Source of the DNA: an uncultured Gemmatimonadota bacterium
GTDB taxonomy: Bacteria; GCA-2686955
Assembly: GCA_964490075.1 (NCBI GenBank)
Contig: CAZBBK010000005.1
Coordinates: 62,001-126,000, forward strand
Direction: 5' to 3'
Length of the DNA: 64,000 nucleotides
The notes under the pieces are model-generated. The model did no database searches and was not told the DNA's origin. It saw nothing but the letters and a program-made list of their open reading frames with translations. Of the stretch, positions 1 through 11,665 are shown piece by piece. The position numbers and the translations under genes were made by a program. Numbering within the stretch: the first letter of the stretch is position 1; each line of letters starts with the position of its first letter.

Positions 1-150
1 CTGCTCGACATGGGCATTCTGCCGCAGGCCAAGGTCGAGCTGGAGCGGGTGGCGCCGGCCGGCGAGCCGGTCTGGATCAAGCTCGACGGCACCCAGCTCG
101 CGCTGCGGCGCCAGGAGGCGGAGGCGGTGGTGATCGAAGCGTCTTCGTGA
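1..150 (+). CDS. feoA: FeoA-family ferrous iron transport protein, 3' part (5' end outside the window; could be a DtxR-FeoA fusion)
   Basis: Frame 1 reads LLDMGILPQAKVELERVAPAGEPVWIKLDGTQLALRRQEAEAVVIEASS*, matching the FeoA SH3-like pattern (L..MG..PG....v.R.AP.G.P......G..LALR..EA). It lies directly upstream of feoB. Confidence 0.88.
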   Translation: MLDMGILPQAKVELERVAPAGEPVWIKLDGTQLALRRQEAEAVVIEASS

Positions 151-185
151 AGGAGGCGGCGCGAGCTCATTTTTTTTGCTACCAT

Positions 186-200
186 GTAGACGAGACTAAC
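186..200. promoter_or_regulatory. Putative DtxR/IdeR-family iron-box operator
   Basis: gTAG-acgaga-CTAAc resembles the TTAG-N6-CTAA core of DtxR-family boxes. It is preceded by a T-tract (170-177) and sits just upstream of the feoB ATG. Confidence 0.45.
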
Positions 201-205
201 GAACC

Positions 206-2344
206 ATGTCACAGCTAAAACAGCCGCTGCCCGAGCTGCAGATCCGCACCATCCGGGTCGCCTTGGCCGGCAATCCCAACTCCGGCAAGACTTCGATATT
301 CAACGCGCTGACCGGCGCCCGCCAGCACGTGGGCAACTACCCCGGCGTCACGGTCGAGAAGCGCTGGGGGAGCTTCACGGCCAAGGGCACCGACTTCGAG
401 GCGCAGGACCTGCCGGGCACCTACAGCCTGACCTCGTTCTCGCCCGAGGAGCGCATCGCCCAGGACGAGCTGCTCGACGGCGGCCACGACGTGGTGGTGG
501 TGGTGGTCGACTCGACCGCGCTGAAGCGCTCGTTGGTGTTGCTGGCGCAAGTGATGCAGACCGGATCGAATCCGGTGCTCTGTCTGAACATGACCGACGA
601 GGCGGAGCGCAACGGGCTGCGTCTCGATCTCGACCAGATGCGCAAGCTGCTCGGCATCGGAATCGTGCAGACGGTGGGGCACAAGGGGATCGGCGTCGAT
701 CGGCTGGTGCAGGCGGTGCGCGCCGCGGCCGATGCTCCGGTGCGCCGGCCCCGGCTGGTGCTGGGCGAGCGCATGGAGCGCGCGATCGGCGCGATTCGCG
801 AGAAGATGGAGCGGCTGCACGGCGCGGCTGGCGGGCGTGACTGGGTCGCCACCAAGCTGATGATGGGCGAAGAGGAGTTCGTGCAGCGGATGCAGGCGAC
901 CGATGGCGACTGGGGCGGGGCCGCGATCGAGGAGGCGCAGCGCCAGCGCAAGAAGATCGAGGCGAGCACGGGCCAGGATATCTCGCTCTTCGTGACCGAG
1001 CGCTACTTCGGCTTCGTCGACGGGCTGCTGCGGGAGGTGGTGCTGGACGTGCCACGAGCCGACGCCCGCGCGCTCTCGGACGCGGTCGACAAGGTGCTGG
1101 TGCACCGGGCGCTCGGCCTGCCGATCTTCGCGGCGCTGATGTACGGGATCTTCTGGATCACCTTCACGCTGGGCGCGATTCCGATGGACTGGATCGATGC
1201 CGGCTTCGGGTGGATGGGCGCGACGATCGCGGGATTCTGGCCCGAGGGGGCGGAGTCGCCGCTGCGCTCGCTCTTGGTCGACGGGGTGATCGGCGGGGTC
1301 GGCGGAGTGCTCGTCTTTCTGCCCAATATTCTGTTGCTCTTCATCGGCCTGGCGCTCTTGGAGGACACCGGCTACATGGCCCGTGCGGCCTTCCTGATGG
1401 ATCGGGTGATGCACCGTTTCGGTCTGCACGGCAAGAGCTTCGTGCCGATGATGACGGGCTTCGGCTGCTCGATTCCCGGCATCATGGCGACCCGCACCTT
1501 GGAGAACGAGCGCGACCGGCTGACGACGATGCTGGTGCTGCCCCTGATGTCGTGCGGCGCCCGGTTGCCGATCTGGATGCTGCTGATTCCGGCTTTCTTC
1601 GCGCCGGGCATGCGGGCTCCGGTGCTGTGGCTGATCTACGCCTTCGGCATCGCCCTGGCGCTGGTGCTGGCTCTGCTGCTGCGACGCTCGTTGCTGCAGG
1701 GCGAAGACGCGCCCTTCGTCATGGAGCTGCCGCCCTATCGGGTGCCCACGGCGCGTGCGGTGCTCATGAAGATGGCGGAGCGCTCCTGGCTCTACGTGCG
1801 CAAGGCGGGCACCATCATTCTCGGCATCTCGATTCTGATGTGGGCGGCGACGGCATACCCGAGCCGCTCGGACTACGATGTGGACGCACAGGTCGCCGCG
1901 GGCGAGCTGAGCCTCTCCGCGGATGAGATCGAGCACGCCCGCGCGGCCGAGGATCTGCGTTACTCGATCGCCGGTCGGGTGGGGCGAGCCATCGAGCCGG
2001 TGATCGCACCGCTCGGCTTCGACTGGAAGATGGGCACGGCGATGATCGGAGCCTTCGCCGCCAAAGAGGTGTTCGTGGCGCAGATGGGAATCGTCTACGC
2101 CATGGGTGAGACGGATGAGGAGTCGACTCCGCTGCGCGAGACGCTGGCCCGCGACTACTCACCACTCACCGGTGTGTCGTTGATGCTCTTTCTGCTGATC
2201 TCCGCACCGTGTATGGCGACCCTGGCGGTCACCCGGCGAGAGGCCGGGTCGTGGCGCTGGGCCTGGCTGCAGTTCGGTGGGCTCACCGCGGTGGCCTACC
2301 TGGTTTCGCTGTTGGTGTACCAGGTAGGAAGTGTTTTCGTCTGA
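206..2344 (+). CDS. feoB: Ferrous iron transporter FeoB
   Basis: 712 aa with G1 GNPNSGKT, G2 VGNYPGVTVE, G3 DLPGTYSL and G4 NMTD motifs. The membrane domain has LEDTGYMARAAF, GFGCS.P and MELPPY motifs. Confidence 0.97.
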   Translation: MSQLKQPLPELQIRTIRVALAGNPNSGKTSIFNALTGARQHVGNYPGVTVEKRWGSFTAKGTDFEAQDLPGTYSLTSFSPEERIAQDELLDGGHDVVVVVVDSTALKRSLVLLAQVMQTGSNPVLCLNMTDEAERNGLRLDLDQMRKLLGIGIVQTVGHKGIGVDRLVQAVRAAADAPVRRPRLVLGERMERAIGAIREKMERLHGAAGGRDWVATKLMMGEEEFVQRMQATDGDWGGAAIEEAQRQRKKIEASTGQDISLFVTERYFGFVDGLLREVVLDVPRADARALSDAVDKVLVHRALGLPIFAALMYGIFWITFTLGAIPMDWIDAGFGWMGATIAGFWPEGAESPLRSLLVDGVIGGVGGVLVFLPNILLLFIGLALLEDTGYMARAAFLMDRVMHRFGLHGKSFVPMMTGFGCSIPGIMATRTLENERDRLTTMLVLPLMSCGARLPIWMLLIPAFFAPGMRAPVLWLIYAFGIALALVLALLLRRSLLQGEDAPFVMELPPYRVPTARAVLMKMAERSWLYVRKAGTIILGISILMWAATAYPSRSDYDVDAQVAAGELSLSADEIEHARAAEDLRYSIAGRVGRAIEPVIAPLGFDWKMGTAMIGAFAAKEVFVAQMGIVYAMGETDEESTPLRETLARDYSPLTGVSLMLFLLISAPCMATLAVTRREAGSWRWAWLQFGGLTAVAYLVSLLVYQVGSVFV

Positions 2345-2355
2345 GGCGATCCTCG

Positions 2356-2535
2356 ATGAATATCGAATTGATCCTGGTTCTGATCGTCGTCGGCATCGCC
2401 GGCATATTCGTGGGCCGGAGTGCTCTGCGTTCGATGCGCGCGATGCGCGCCACGGCAAGCGCTCCCGACTCACCGGCGTGCACCGAGACCTGCTCGTCCT
2501 GTAATGGCTCTCGATCCCCCACCAATGGATGCTGA
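2356..2535 (+). CDS. FeoB-associated small Cys-rich membrane protein
   Basis: 59 aa MNIELILVLIVVGIAGIFVGR...PACTETCSSCNG...GC: one N-terminal TM helix followed by a Cys cluster, starting 11 nt after the feoB stop. Confidence 0.75.
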   Translation: MNIELILVLIVVGIAGIFVGRSALRSMRAMRATASAPDSPACTETCSSCNGSRSPTNGC

Positions 2536-3313
2536 AGGAATGGCCGCGCAACATACTTTCCGCTCTCTGCTGGTCTCCGCGGCCGCGCTTTTCGCCGCGG
2601 CCCCCCATGCCTTCTGCGTCGATACCGTCGAAATCTGGGACGTCGGCGCCACCGACGTCGACTTCTACATGGGCATCGACGGTCTGCGCAACGGGCGCGC
2701 GGAGCGTGCCGTCTTCGGCGACATCATGCTCGGCTACGGCCTGACCGATCGGCTCTCCGCCTATCTCGGCACCTGCATGGAGGGCGACGGCTACCTGAGC
2801 AACAGCGCGACCGGCCTCTACTTCGGCCTCTTCGGCACCGCCCTCGACAGCGACCATTTCGACCTCGACCTCTTCCTCGACATCAGCGGCGACGGCTCGG
2901 GGCAGCTGCAGCTCGCGCCGGCGATCGAGCTCAACTACGATGTCGCGCCCGATCTCGCCGCCTGGGGCGCCTACCTGCGTGCCGGCTCGCCGATCTACGG
3001 CCGTTCCGAGCCGGAGACCGAGAACCACGACTCCGCGCAACACTTCGAGACCACCTTCGGCAGCTACTGGACCGCGACCGAGAGCACTCAGCTGCTGGTC
3101 GAGTACGACATGGTGTTCCACCCGAATCCCGCCGCCGGAGAGCGCGATCTCGAGATCGGCGGCATCGCCCTGGGCTTCAACTACTACCTGGGCGACGAGA
3201 GCGGCATCGAGCTGATCAATCAGCTCACTCTCGATCTGCCGCAGGGGGGCGAATCGCTCTCCGCGGGAGTGATGTTCGGGATGATCGCTTCGCTGCCGAC
3301 GCTTACTCCCTGA
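2525..3313 (+). CDS. Exported hypothetical protein, possibly an outer-membrane beta-barrel, in the feo operon
   Basis: Signal-peptide-like N-terminus (RSLLVSAAALFAAAPHAFC) and a Gly/aromatic-rich pattern of alternating beta-strands (DVDFYMG, IELNYD, LLVEYD, ALGFNYY). Codon usage is good. The start is 2525 or 2540. Confidence 0.6.
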   Translation: MDAEGMAAQHTFRSLLVSAAALFAAAPHAFCVDTVEIWDVGATDVDFYMGIDGLRNGRAERAVFGDIMLGYGLTDRLSAYLGTCMEGDGYLSNSATGLYFGLFGTALDSDHFDLDLFLDISGDGSGQLQLAPAIELNYDVAPDLAAWGAYLRAGSPIYGRSEPETENHDSAQHFETTFGSYWTATESTQLLVEYDMVFHPNPAAGERDLEIGGIALGFNYYLGDESGIELINQLTLDLPQGGESLSAGVMFGMIASLPTLTP

Positions 3314-3361
3314 AAAGCGACCACACTTCGTCGCTGGCGATCAGGTCGAGCGACGAGTCGC

Positions 3362-3934
3362 TCAGCGGCGCCAGTCGCGGTGGGTCGGCCCGCCGAAGGC
3401 CCCCATGTCGGCGCGAGGGCCATCGCGATGTTCTGCGGGCCAGAGCGGATGCCAGTCGGAAATCGCGTCGACCATGGCCGGATCGCCGCCGTCGATGCAG
3501 GGCGAGGCCGGTCCCAGGAGGAAGCCCTGGCCGCCTCGCGCCCGAAAGCGCGGATCGAGATCGATGTTCCCTTCGCCGGGTCATCCGCCCTGGATGTCGG
3601 AGTAGGAAAGCTGGACCACGCCGCCGTCCTGCTCGGCGATCTCCGTGCTTGCATTGCCCCAGATGATGCAGTCGACCAGTGCGGCGTTGCTCTCCATGAA
3701 GGCATGAATCGCTCCGCCACCCTCCGTGGCCGAGTTGCCCTCCAGGGTGCAGCTCGCCAGCGAAGGCTCCGAGCCTCTGGCGCACGCCAGGCCACCGCCC
3801 TTGTAGAGGGTCGAGTTGCCGGTGATCGTGCAGGAGCTGAGCATCGGCGAGGAATCGTAGCGATCCAATCCGCCACCGCTCCACTGCGCACGGTTTTCGG
3901 CAATCACGCAACGATCGAGAGAGGGATTCGACAT
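3362..3934 (-). pseudogene. 5'-truncated parallel beta-helix (pectin-lyase-like) protein with an in-frame TGA
   Basis: GGG(L/A)...C.I.GN repeats are followed by YSDIQGG*PGEGNIDLDPRF...SPCIDGGDP...DWHPLWP...RADMGAFGGP. The TGA at 3581-3583 is where Trp is expected. It is a paralog of the C-terminus of 28094-29542. Confidence 0.8.
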
Positions 3935-4171
3935 GGGATTCTCACTCGAATCGATCGGTGCGTCGCACCGGTGGGGTGTTGGGTCGAGGGTCGAGGGTCG
4001 AGGCGGAGTATGGCGCAAGGTCTGTGCCCTCCCCTCCCCCGGCAAGTCATCTCGCGCGGCAGCGCCGCTTCCCGGACTTCGTGGTCAGGCCGTGGAGGGG
4101 CGCAGTCCGCCATTTTTGCAAGCGCGCCCGTAGTGCGGGGCTACACCTGCGTCCGATTTCGGACGGGTGCT

Positions 4172-5248
4172 CTACCCCACCACCTCCCCCACCACCCGCA
4201 GGTAGTTCTCGCCCAGCACCTTGGCGATGCGCTCGGGGGACCAGCCGCGATGCAGCATGCTCTGCACCAGGCGCGGCAGCTCGGTGATGTCCTGCAGGTC
4301 GCGCGGCAGAACGATGCAGCCGTCGAAGTCGGAGCCGAGCGAGACATGGTCGTCCCCAACCACTCCGATCACGTGCTCCATGTGGTCGACGATGCGCGAC
4401 GCCAGGCAGCATCCGCCGTCGTGGCAGAGGTATGAGCGGTGGAAGATGATGCCGATGGTGCCGCCGGTGTTCGCCACGGCGCGGATCTGCTCGTCGTCGA
4501 TGTTGCGCCACAGCGATCGTTCGCTGCACACCCCGGTGTGGCTGACGATCAGCGGCAGCGAAGAATCGTGCGCCTCGAGAGCGTCGAAGAAGCCGCGGCG
4601 GTTGATATGGGCCAGGTCGACCACGATGCGTCGCTCGTTCAGGGCGGCGACGAGCTCGCGGCCGAAAGGGCGCAGCCCCTCTCCGGCGCGGCGCGGCAAC
4701 GAGCTGGGCACCCCGATGCGCGAAGGCGTCAGGTGCACCAGAGTGACGCGATGGAGCCGTCCGGCGGGGAGCTCGTCGAGCGCCGCCAGATCGCGGTCGA
4801 TCGCCTGGGCGCCCTGGATCGCGAGCCACACGGCGGTGCGTCCCGCGGCGCGCGCGCGGCGGTAGTCGGATGCGCCGCGCACCAGCTCGAAGTCGCCCGG
4901 AAAGCGCTCGAAAAGGGCCGCCTGGCGGCGCAGGTTGGCGGCCGCCACCGGGGGCCGGCGCGAGGTGCGTCGCAAGGGGTTGGTGGCGACGTCCCAGACC
5001 ATGCCGCCAAGGGCCGCCTCGCGGATGCGCGGCAGATCGACCTGGTTCAGCAGCGCCGTGCCGGGCAGGCGCGGGCGGTGGCGCCGGGTCGGGTCGTAGC
5101 CGACGATGCGCATCGGCACCGGAGTGTCGACGTGGAGATCGATCACTTCGCAGTCGAGGTAGAGCTGAATCGCCTCTTCCGAGACGTCGATGCGGCGCGC
5201 CCAGGTGCGCGCATCGAGCGGCCCCTCGAATGCGGGTTTTCGACTCAT
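4172..5248 (-). CDS. Membrane dipeptidase family (peptidase M19) amidohydrolase
   Basis: Motifs VIDLHVD, DLAH, IVSHTG, RNIDDEQI and HVSLGSDFDG. The ATG at 5248 overlaps the hutI stop (ATGA). 358 aa. Confidence 0.88.
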   Translation of the reverse strand: MSRKPAFEGPLDARTWARRIDVSEEAIQLYLDCEVIDLHVDTPVPMRIVGYDPTRRHRPRLPGTALLNQVDLPRIREAALGGMVWDVATNPLRRTSRRPPVAAANLRRQAALFERFPGDFELVRGASDYRRARAAGRTAVWLAIQGAQAIDRDLAALDELPAGRLHRVTLVHLTPSRIGVPSSLPRRAGEGLRPFGRELVAALNERRIVVDLAHINRRGFFDALEAHDSSLPLIVSHTGVCSERSLWRNIDDEQIRAVANTGGTIGIIFHRSYLCHDGGCCLASRIVDHMEHVIGVVGDDHVSLGSDFDGCIVLPRDLQDITELPRLVQSMLHRGWSPERIAKVLGENYLRVVGEVVG

Positions 5249-6485
5249 CGCACCCGCCGCCCCGACTTCCAGACCTGCCAGGGTCGGGTCTCGCCCAGGC
5301 GATAGGCCAGGTGGCGATGGTTGGGGGCGTCGAGGACCACCAGGTCGGCGCGGCGGCCGGGCGCAAGGCTGCCGATCCGGTCCTCGAGCCCCAGCGAGCG
5401 GGCGGCCTCGAAGGTGGCGGCGCGCACGCTCTCGAAGGGGCTCAGCCGCAGGCGGGCGGCGGCGATGGCGATCACCAGGGGCAGCGACTGGCACCACGAG
5501 GTACCGGGGTTGAAGTCGGTGGCCAGGGCCACGCGGCAGCCGGCCTCGATCAGGCGCCGGGCCGGGGCGTCGCGCTCCAGGCGCAGGATCAGGCTGGTCG
5601 CCGGCAAGAGCACGGCCGTGGTTCCGGAGGCCGCCAGCGCCTCGATTCCGGCGTCGGAGATCTGCACCAGGTGGTCGGCCGAGGCGGCGCCCAGCTCGGC
5701 GCAAAGCTCGGCCCCGCCGAGAGGCGCGATCTCGTCGGCGTGGACCCGCAGGCGCAGCCCGGCGGCCCGCGCCGCCTCCAGGATCGCCCGCGAGTCGTCG
5801 ATCTCGAACACCCCCTTCTCGCAGAACACATCGCACGACCGAGCGAGGCCCTCGGCCACCACCCGGGGCAGCATCTCGTCGATCACCAGGCGCAGGTAGG
5901 CGCCGCGGTCGTGGCGCCACTCGGCCGGCACCTCGTGGGCGCCGAGGAAGGTGGGCACCAGGTCGAGCGCGTGGCGCGCGTCGACGCGGGCGATGACGCG
6001 CAACAGGTCGAGCTCGCATTTGGTCTCGAGCCCGTAGCCGCTCTTCGCTTCGATGGTGGTGGTGCCGTGATCCAGGAAGCGCTCGGCATGACGCGTGAGC
6101 GCCGCCTCGAGCTGCGTCACGCCGGCCTCGCGGGTGGCGCGCACAGTGCTCAGGATGCCCCCGCCGGCGGCCGCGATCTCGGTGTAGGGGCGCCCCTTCA
6201 GGCGCATCACGAACTCCGTCTCGCGGGTCCCGCCAAAGACCGGATGGGTGTGCGGATCGACGAAGCCCGGGATGACGCAGCGGCCCGCGACATCGACGCG
6301 CTCCGCCGGCCCCCGCGAATCCGCCTCGCGCTCGACCGAAGCCCGCGCCCCGGCGGCGACCACCTGCTCGCCCTCGATCAGCAGAGCGGCGTCCTCGACG
6401 ATGCCGGTCTCCTGCCAGAAGCCCTCCCGGTCGAGGGGCGCCGGCTCGACCATGGTCAGGAGCTCACCGATGCCGGTCAGGAGGA

Positions 6486-6489
<4 letters not shown>
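5245..6489 (-). CDS. hutI: Imidazolonepropionase
   Basis: Motifs [56 protein letters not shown] and ALATDFNPG. The GTG start overlaps the hutU stop. Confidence 0.96.
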
Positions 6490-8162
<1,673 letters not shown>

Positions 8163-8261
8163 TCTGGGGCTCCAGGGGGTTGGATGAGATCGGTAGGTCC
8201 GTGAAGAGAAGGGCCGATTCTACCCAAGTGCCCCACTCCGCACATCCGAAGCCGGTGCTCC

Positions 8262-8506
8262 TTGGCATTTCGATATAGCGATTCTCGAGCGACGCACTCC
8301 GCGAAGAAGCGCGGGTCCAGCGGGAGTCCGCGGGCCTCCGGGGCTCCATGCGCGGTTGGGGGCGGTCTCGACCGCATTTCCTCGCGTGCCCCTGCCCAAG
8401 CCCATGCCCCCGCCCGACTCCGTTGCCCGAATCGGGCATGGACATGGGCAGGTCTTGCGTATGCCGGCCGCTCCCTGCGTAGAGGCCCGTGATGTCGAAA
8501 GCTCGG
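8262..8506 (+). repeat. Dispersed structured element (MITE/REPIN-like), copy 1 of 3
   Basis: Shares a core (tttcg..ctcgagcgac.cact.cgcgaagaagcgcggg..agtccgcgggcctccgg..tctcgac..cgcgtgcccctgcc..gggcagg..ccctgcg.a.aggc.cg..at.tcg) with 15184-15440 and 53981-54529. The ends are complementary (tttcgatat / atgtcgaaa). Confidence 0.85.
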
Positions 8507-8553
8507 ATGCTACGATCGCCGCCGGGCACCGCCGCCCACCGACGGGAGTCGTC

Positions 8554-8808
8554 ATGCCGGCCGAGTCAGAGGGAACCACCGTCACGCTGCCGCTGGAATT
8601 CGAGCCGGCCTGGTTGACCTGGATCGGCGCCACCACCGCCTGCCTGCGGGCCCTGGGGGTGCGCCACGACGCCACCGAGGTCACGGGAGGCCCCTACGCG
8701 CTGGCCTTCCCGACTCCGATCGCCTTCCACGACGATCCCGCCGCGGCGCGGCGATCGAAGAGCTGGGGCGCGTGCAGGATCGGCTCTATTGGCCAGGGCG
8801 ATTCATGA
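8554..8808 (+). pseudogene. Short, probably truncated hypothetical gene
   Basis: An RBS-like gggag precedes the ATG. The start reads as protein (LPLEFEPAWLTWIGATTACLRALG...) and then degenerates. Its stop overlaps the upstream ATG of plsC. Confidence 0.35.
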
Positions 8809-8840
8809 GGCGAACGAGGACCCACAATTCTGGATCCCCC

Positions 8841-9602
8841 ATGCCCGCGGCCCATCCCCTGCTCCCCTACCGACGCTTTTCGCGTTGGCTGCGCCTTTCG
8901 TTGGCCTTTCTGCTCTTCGCCGCGGGCGCCAGCATCTACCTCTTGCTCGCGCTCCTCCTGCTGCCCTGGCGCGGAGCGCGACTGCGGGCGGCCGGGCTCT
9001 ACGCCAACGCGATCGCACCCATCCTGCTCCGAATCCTGGGCATCCAGGTGCGGGTCCAGGGGCGCCATCGTCTGCGCGACAGCGTTCCCGCGCTCTTCGT
9101 GATCAACCACAGCTCGGCACTCGATACCGTGATCAGCATGCTGCTCTGGCCTCCGCGCGGCTGCGGCGTGGGCAAGAAGGAGGTGGCCTGGATCCCCTTC
9201 TTCGGCCAGGCCTATGTCCTCGCCGGGATGCTGCTGATCGATCGCGCCGATCGCGGCGGCGCCATCGAAGCTCTCAGCGCCATGAGCGAAGCCGTCCGCC
9301 GCCACCGGCTCAGCCCCTGGATCGCTCCCGAAGGCACGCGCAGCGAAGACGGTCGTCTGGGGCCTTTCAAGAAAGGCTTCGTGCACGTCGCGTTGGCCAC
9401 GGGCCTGCCCGTGGTGCCGGTAGTGATCCACGGCGCTCACCGCTGCCTGCCCTCGCGCAGCTATGCGCTCGCGGGCGGCGTGGTGCGGGTCGAAGTGCTG
9501 GAGCCGGTCGACACTTCGAGTTGGAGCCAACAGAACACCCACGCCCACCTGCGACAGGTTCGGGAGCTCTTCCGGGATCGGCTGGGGTCGGAACAGGGCT
9601 AA
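8841..9602 (+). CDS. plsC: 1-acyl-sn-glycerol-3-phosphate acyltransferase (LPLAT family)
   Basis: NHSSALD (HX4D), IDRADR, PEGTRS and FKKG...A..GLPVVPV motifs with an N-terminal TM segment. An alternative start is 8805. Confidence 0.9.
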   Translation: MPAAHPLLPYRRFSRWLRLSLAFLLFAAGASIYLLLALLLLPWRGARLRAAGLYANAIAPILLRILGIQVRVQGRHRLRDSVPALFVINHSSALDTVISMLLWPPRGCGVGKKEVAWIPFFGQAYVLAGMLLIDRADRGGAIEALSAMSEAVRRHRLSPWIAPEGTRSEDGRLGPFKKGFVHVALATGLPVVPVVIHGAHRCLPSRSYALAGGVVRVEVLEPVDTSSWSQQNTHAHLRQVRELFRDRLGSEQG

Positions 9603-9640
9603 CGCCGTCGTGCCGGGGCCGGCGATCCATCCGCCAGGAG

Positions 9641-11596
9641 TCAGGGCCTGGGCGCCGAAAAGAGGTGCCTGCGCGGCCAGCTTCTCTGGAAGGAGACGCG
9701 AGTGCGCTCTGGATCCCGGTAGGTCGTGAGATCGCGCAAGACCACCTTCCCATCGACATCGACCCTCACCCATCCTGAATCCAATGTGTCGCCGAAGGTG
9801 CTCACCTGAGACCAGCTCACCATCTCACCCGGCCTGGGGCGAAAAGCCTGTGCTCGTCGAATGGTCAAGTGGCTCACCAGGCTGTCCATGGCAGCGTTGT
9901 CGGGAAGCCAGGGCGAACCATCGATCAGGAATATCGTCGCTTGCCAGCGGTCCGGCAGGTCGACGATTCCGTCGAGCTCCCAATGGTGATAGCCGCCCCA
10001 TGTGCCCCACGGGTCGCCGACCTCGGAGTTGCCGTCGCCGGGATCGAAGGTGGCCGGCCTCCCGGCGTGCCCAAAGAACCCCGGAAACGACTGCTGCAGC
10101 GAATAGTGTTCCTGGTAGGCGACGTTGTCGCGCACGGTCTGGGAGTCCGGTGTGGCGCCCTGCGCCCAATGACCCGGCTCGCTGCTGGGCGAATGGCCGC
10201 GCTCGTCCCAATAAAGGTGCATTCCCAGGCCCAGGGAGTCGGCGGCGCGGTACTGCTCCACGACGAAGGCATCCCACCCCATGACTCCGTTGTGGTCGTT
10301 CTTGCCGTGGAAGGAGCGAAACAGCGGCAGGTCCACTCCGGGCGCAAGGGTCGTCGTCAGATCGAAGGCCTTGAAGACCGGAATGCTGTCTCCAACGGCA
10401 TCCACCAAGACGCTCTTCAGCTGGTCTTCGGGGCGGCCGAAGATGTTCCACCCGGAGGCGCTGGAGTCGGGTCCGGCGAAACCGTTGTTGAAGATGGTGC
10501 AGGTGGCGAAGAGATCGGGGTAGGCCTTGCCGAGGGCGGTGGTACCGGCGGAGCCGACGCTGTGTCCCAGAACGCTCGCGAATTCGGCATCGACCCAGCC
10601 TTGCAGGATCAGCCATTTGTGTATCCACACGAGGCGGCGCTGCGTGTAGTTGACGATGATCTCACCCGGCGCTGGAAGCTCGGGGGCGCCGGGGAAGGGA
10701 TCGTGGCCGATGCCCCAGCCGAACCACCAGGAATTGCTGTGCTCCTCCAGAATCTGTAACTCGCTCTCGATCCAGCGGATCAGATCGTCGTTGTGGGCGA
10801 CCAGAAGCCCCTGGTCGGGATCGATTGTGTAGTACGGTCTTTTGCCGGGCAGGGACTGGATCGCGGTGCCGCCGCCACCGTGCAGCCAGTAGCTGACCGG
10901 GTGTCGTCCCGGACCCAGGTCGTCGCGGGCGCTGACGATGAAGATGCTGGGCATGCCGTTCTTGGCGGCGTTGGCGCAGACCGGAATGTCGGGCCGTCGA
11001 TCTTCCGGGTCTTCCCGACCGTCGGCCCACATGGCGTAGACCCAGCTCAGGTAGCCCTCCAGGGGGCTTTGCTCCATTTGAAGGTGACACTCGACGGTTT
11101 CAGAGGGATCGTAGAGTCCCTCGGCTGGGGCGGTGGTTGCGTTGACGCCCGGGATCACGGTGCTGTCGCCATGAGCGACGACGGCGTAGTAGCGCGGTCC
11201 GGCGGCGTGGACTGTCTCTACGAAGAGCGCCTGATCAGAATTCAGTGTATCGAGCTCTGCGCCGCCCTCGGAAGGGATGACCCAGGCGAGCTCCGGCGCC
11301 GCGAACTGCTCCCGCAGGGCGCCGGGGAGATATTCGTACTCGAAGAGCCGCCCGACCTGCTGACCATCGGCGAGCCTCGTCATCGCAGTGTCGCTTCCGA
11401 AGATGACGAATGTCTCGGGCCGCGTCGACCCCAGGTCCCAGACCACCCAGATCTGGCCGGCGGCGTAGTGGGCCTGGATGGCGGTCTGGGCGCGCGCCAC
11501 GCCGGGGGCGAGCAGGAGCGACAGGAATGCGGTGAGGGCGGCGAGCGGCCTGGCGCGGAGAGAGGGGGGGAGGAGGCGATGTCGAGGAACTGTCAC
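9641..11596 (-). CDS. Secreted alpha/beta-hydrolase-fold protein
   Basis: Signal peptide (LAALTAFLSLLLAPGVARA), oxyanion-like WLHGGGG, nucleophile elbow GHSVG, FHGKND and a later His (ERGH). 651 aa. Confidence 0.7.
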   Translation of the reverse strand: MTVPRHRLLPPSLRARPLAALTAFLSLLLAPGVARAQTAIQAHYAAGQIWVVWDLGSTRPETFVIFGSDTAMTRLADGQQVGRLFEYEYLPGALREQFAAPELAWVIPSEGGAELDTLNSDQALFVETVHAAGPRYYAVVAHGDSTVIPGVNATTAPAEGLYDPSETVECHLQMEQSPLEGYLSWVYAMWADGREDPEDRRPDIPVCANAAKNGMPSIFIVSARDDLGPGRHPVSYWLHGGGGTAIQSLPGKRPYYTIDPDQGLLVAHNDDLIRWIESELQILEEHSNSWWFGWGIGHDPFPGAPELPAPGEIIVNYTQRRLVWIHKWLILQGWVDAEFASVLGHSVGSAGTTALGKAYPDLFATCTIFNNGFAGPDSSASGWNIFGRPEDQLKSVLVDAVGDSIPVFKAFDLTTTLAPGVDLPLFRSFHGKNDHNGVMGWDAFVVEQYRAADSLGLGMHLYWDERGHSPSSEPGHWAQGATPDSQTVRDNVAYQEHYSLQQSFPGFFGHAGRPATFDPGDGNSEVGDPWGTWGGYHHWELDGIVDLPDRWQATIFLIDGSPWLPDNAAMDSLVSHLTIRRAQAFRPRPGEMVSWSQVSTFGDTLDSGWVRVDVDGKVVLRDLTTYRDPERTRVSFQRSWPRRHLFSAPRP

Positions 11597-11665
11597 AGTT
11601 TCCTCCTGGGCCGAAGAGTGGAGATGGCGGGGCAGTCGATTCAGTATAGCCGACAGGGAGCCGAC

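Noticed and set aside
215-1936. Long antisense and alternative-frame ORFs (e.g. 215-1936, 6519-8204, 10793-13171, 18846-21455, 22514-25150, 48489-51032)
   Set aside because: These are shadow ORFs expected in high-GC DNA. They are Arg/Pro/Ala-rich, lack motifs and overlap well-supported genes.
3581-3583. TGA recoding (Trp or Sec)
   Set aside because: TGA is the normal stop of many intact genes here and the gene is also 5'-truncated, so a TGG->TGA nonsense change is simpler.
3981-4001. (GGGTCGA)x3 microsatellite
   Set aside because: It has only three units in intergenic DNA and no evident function.
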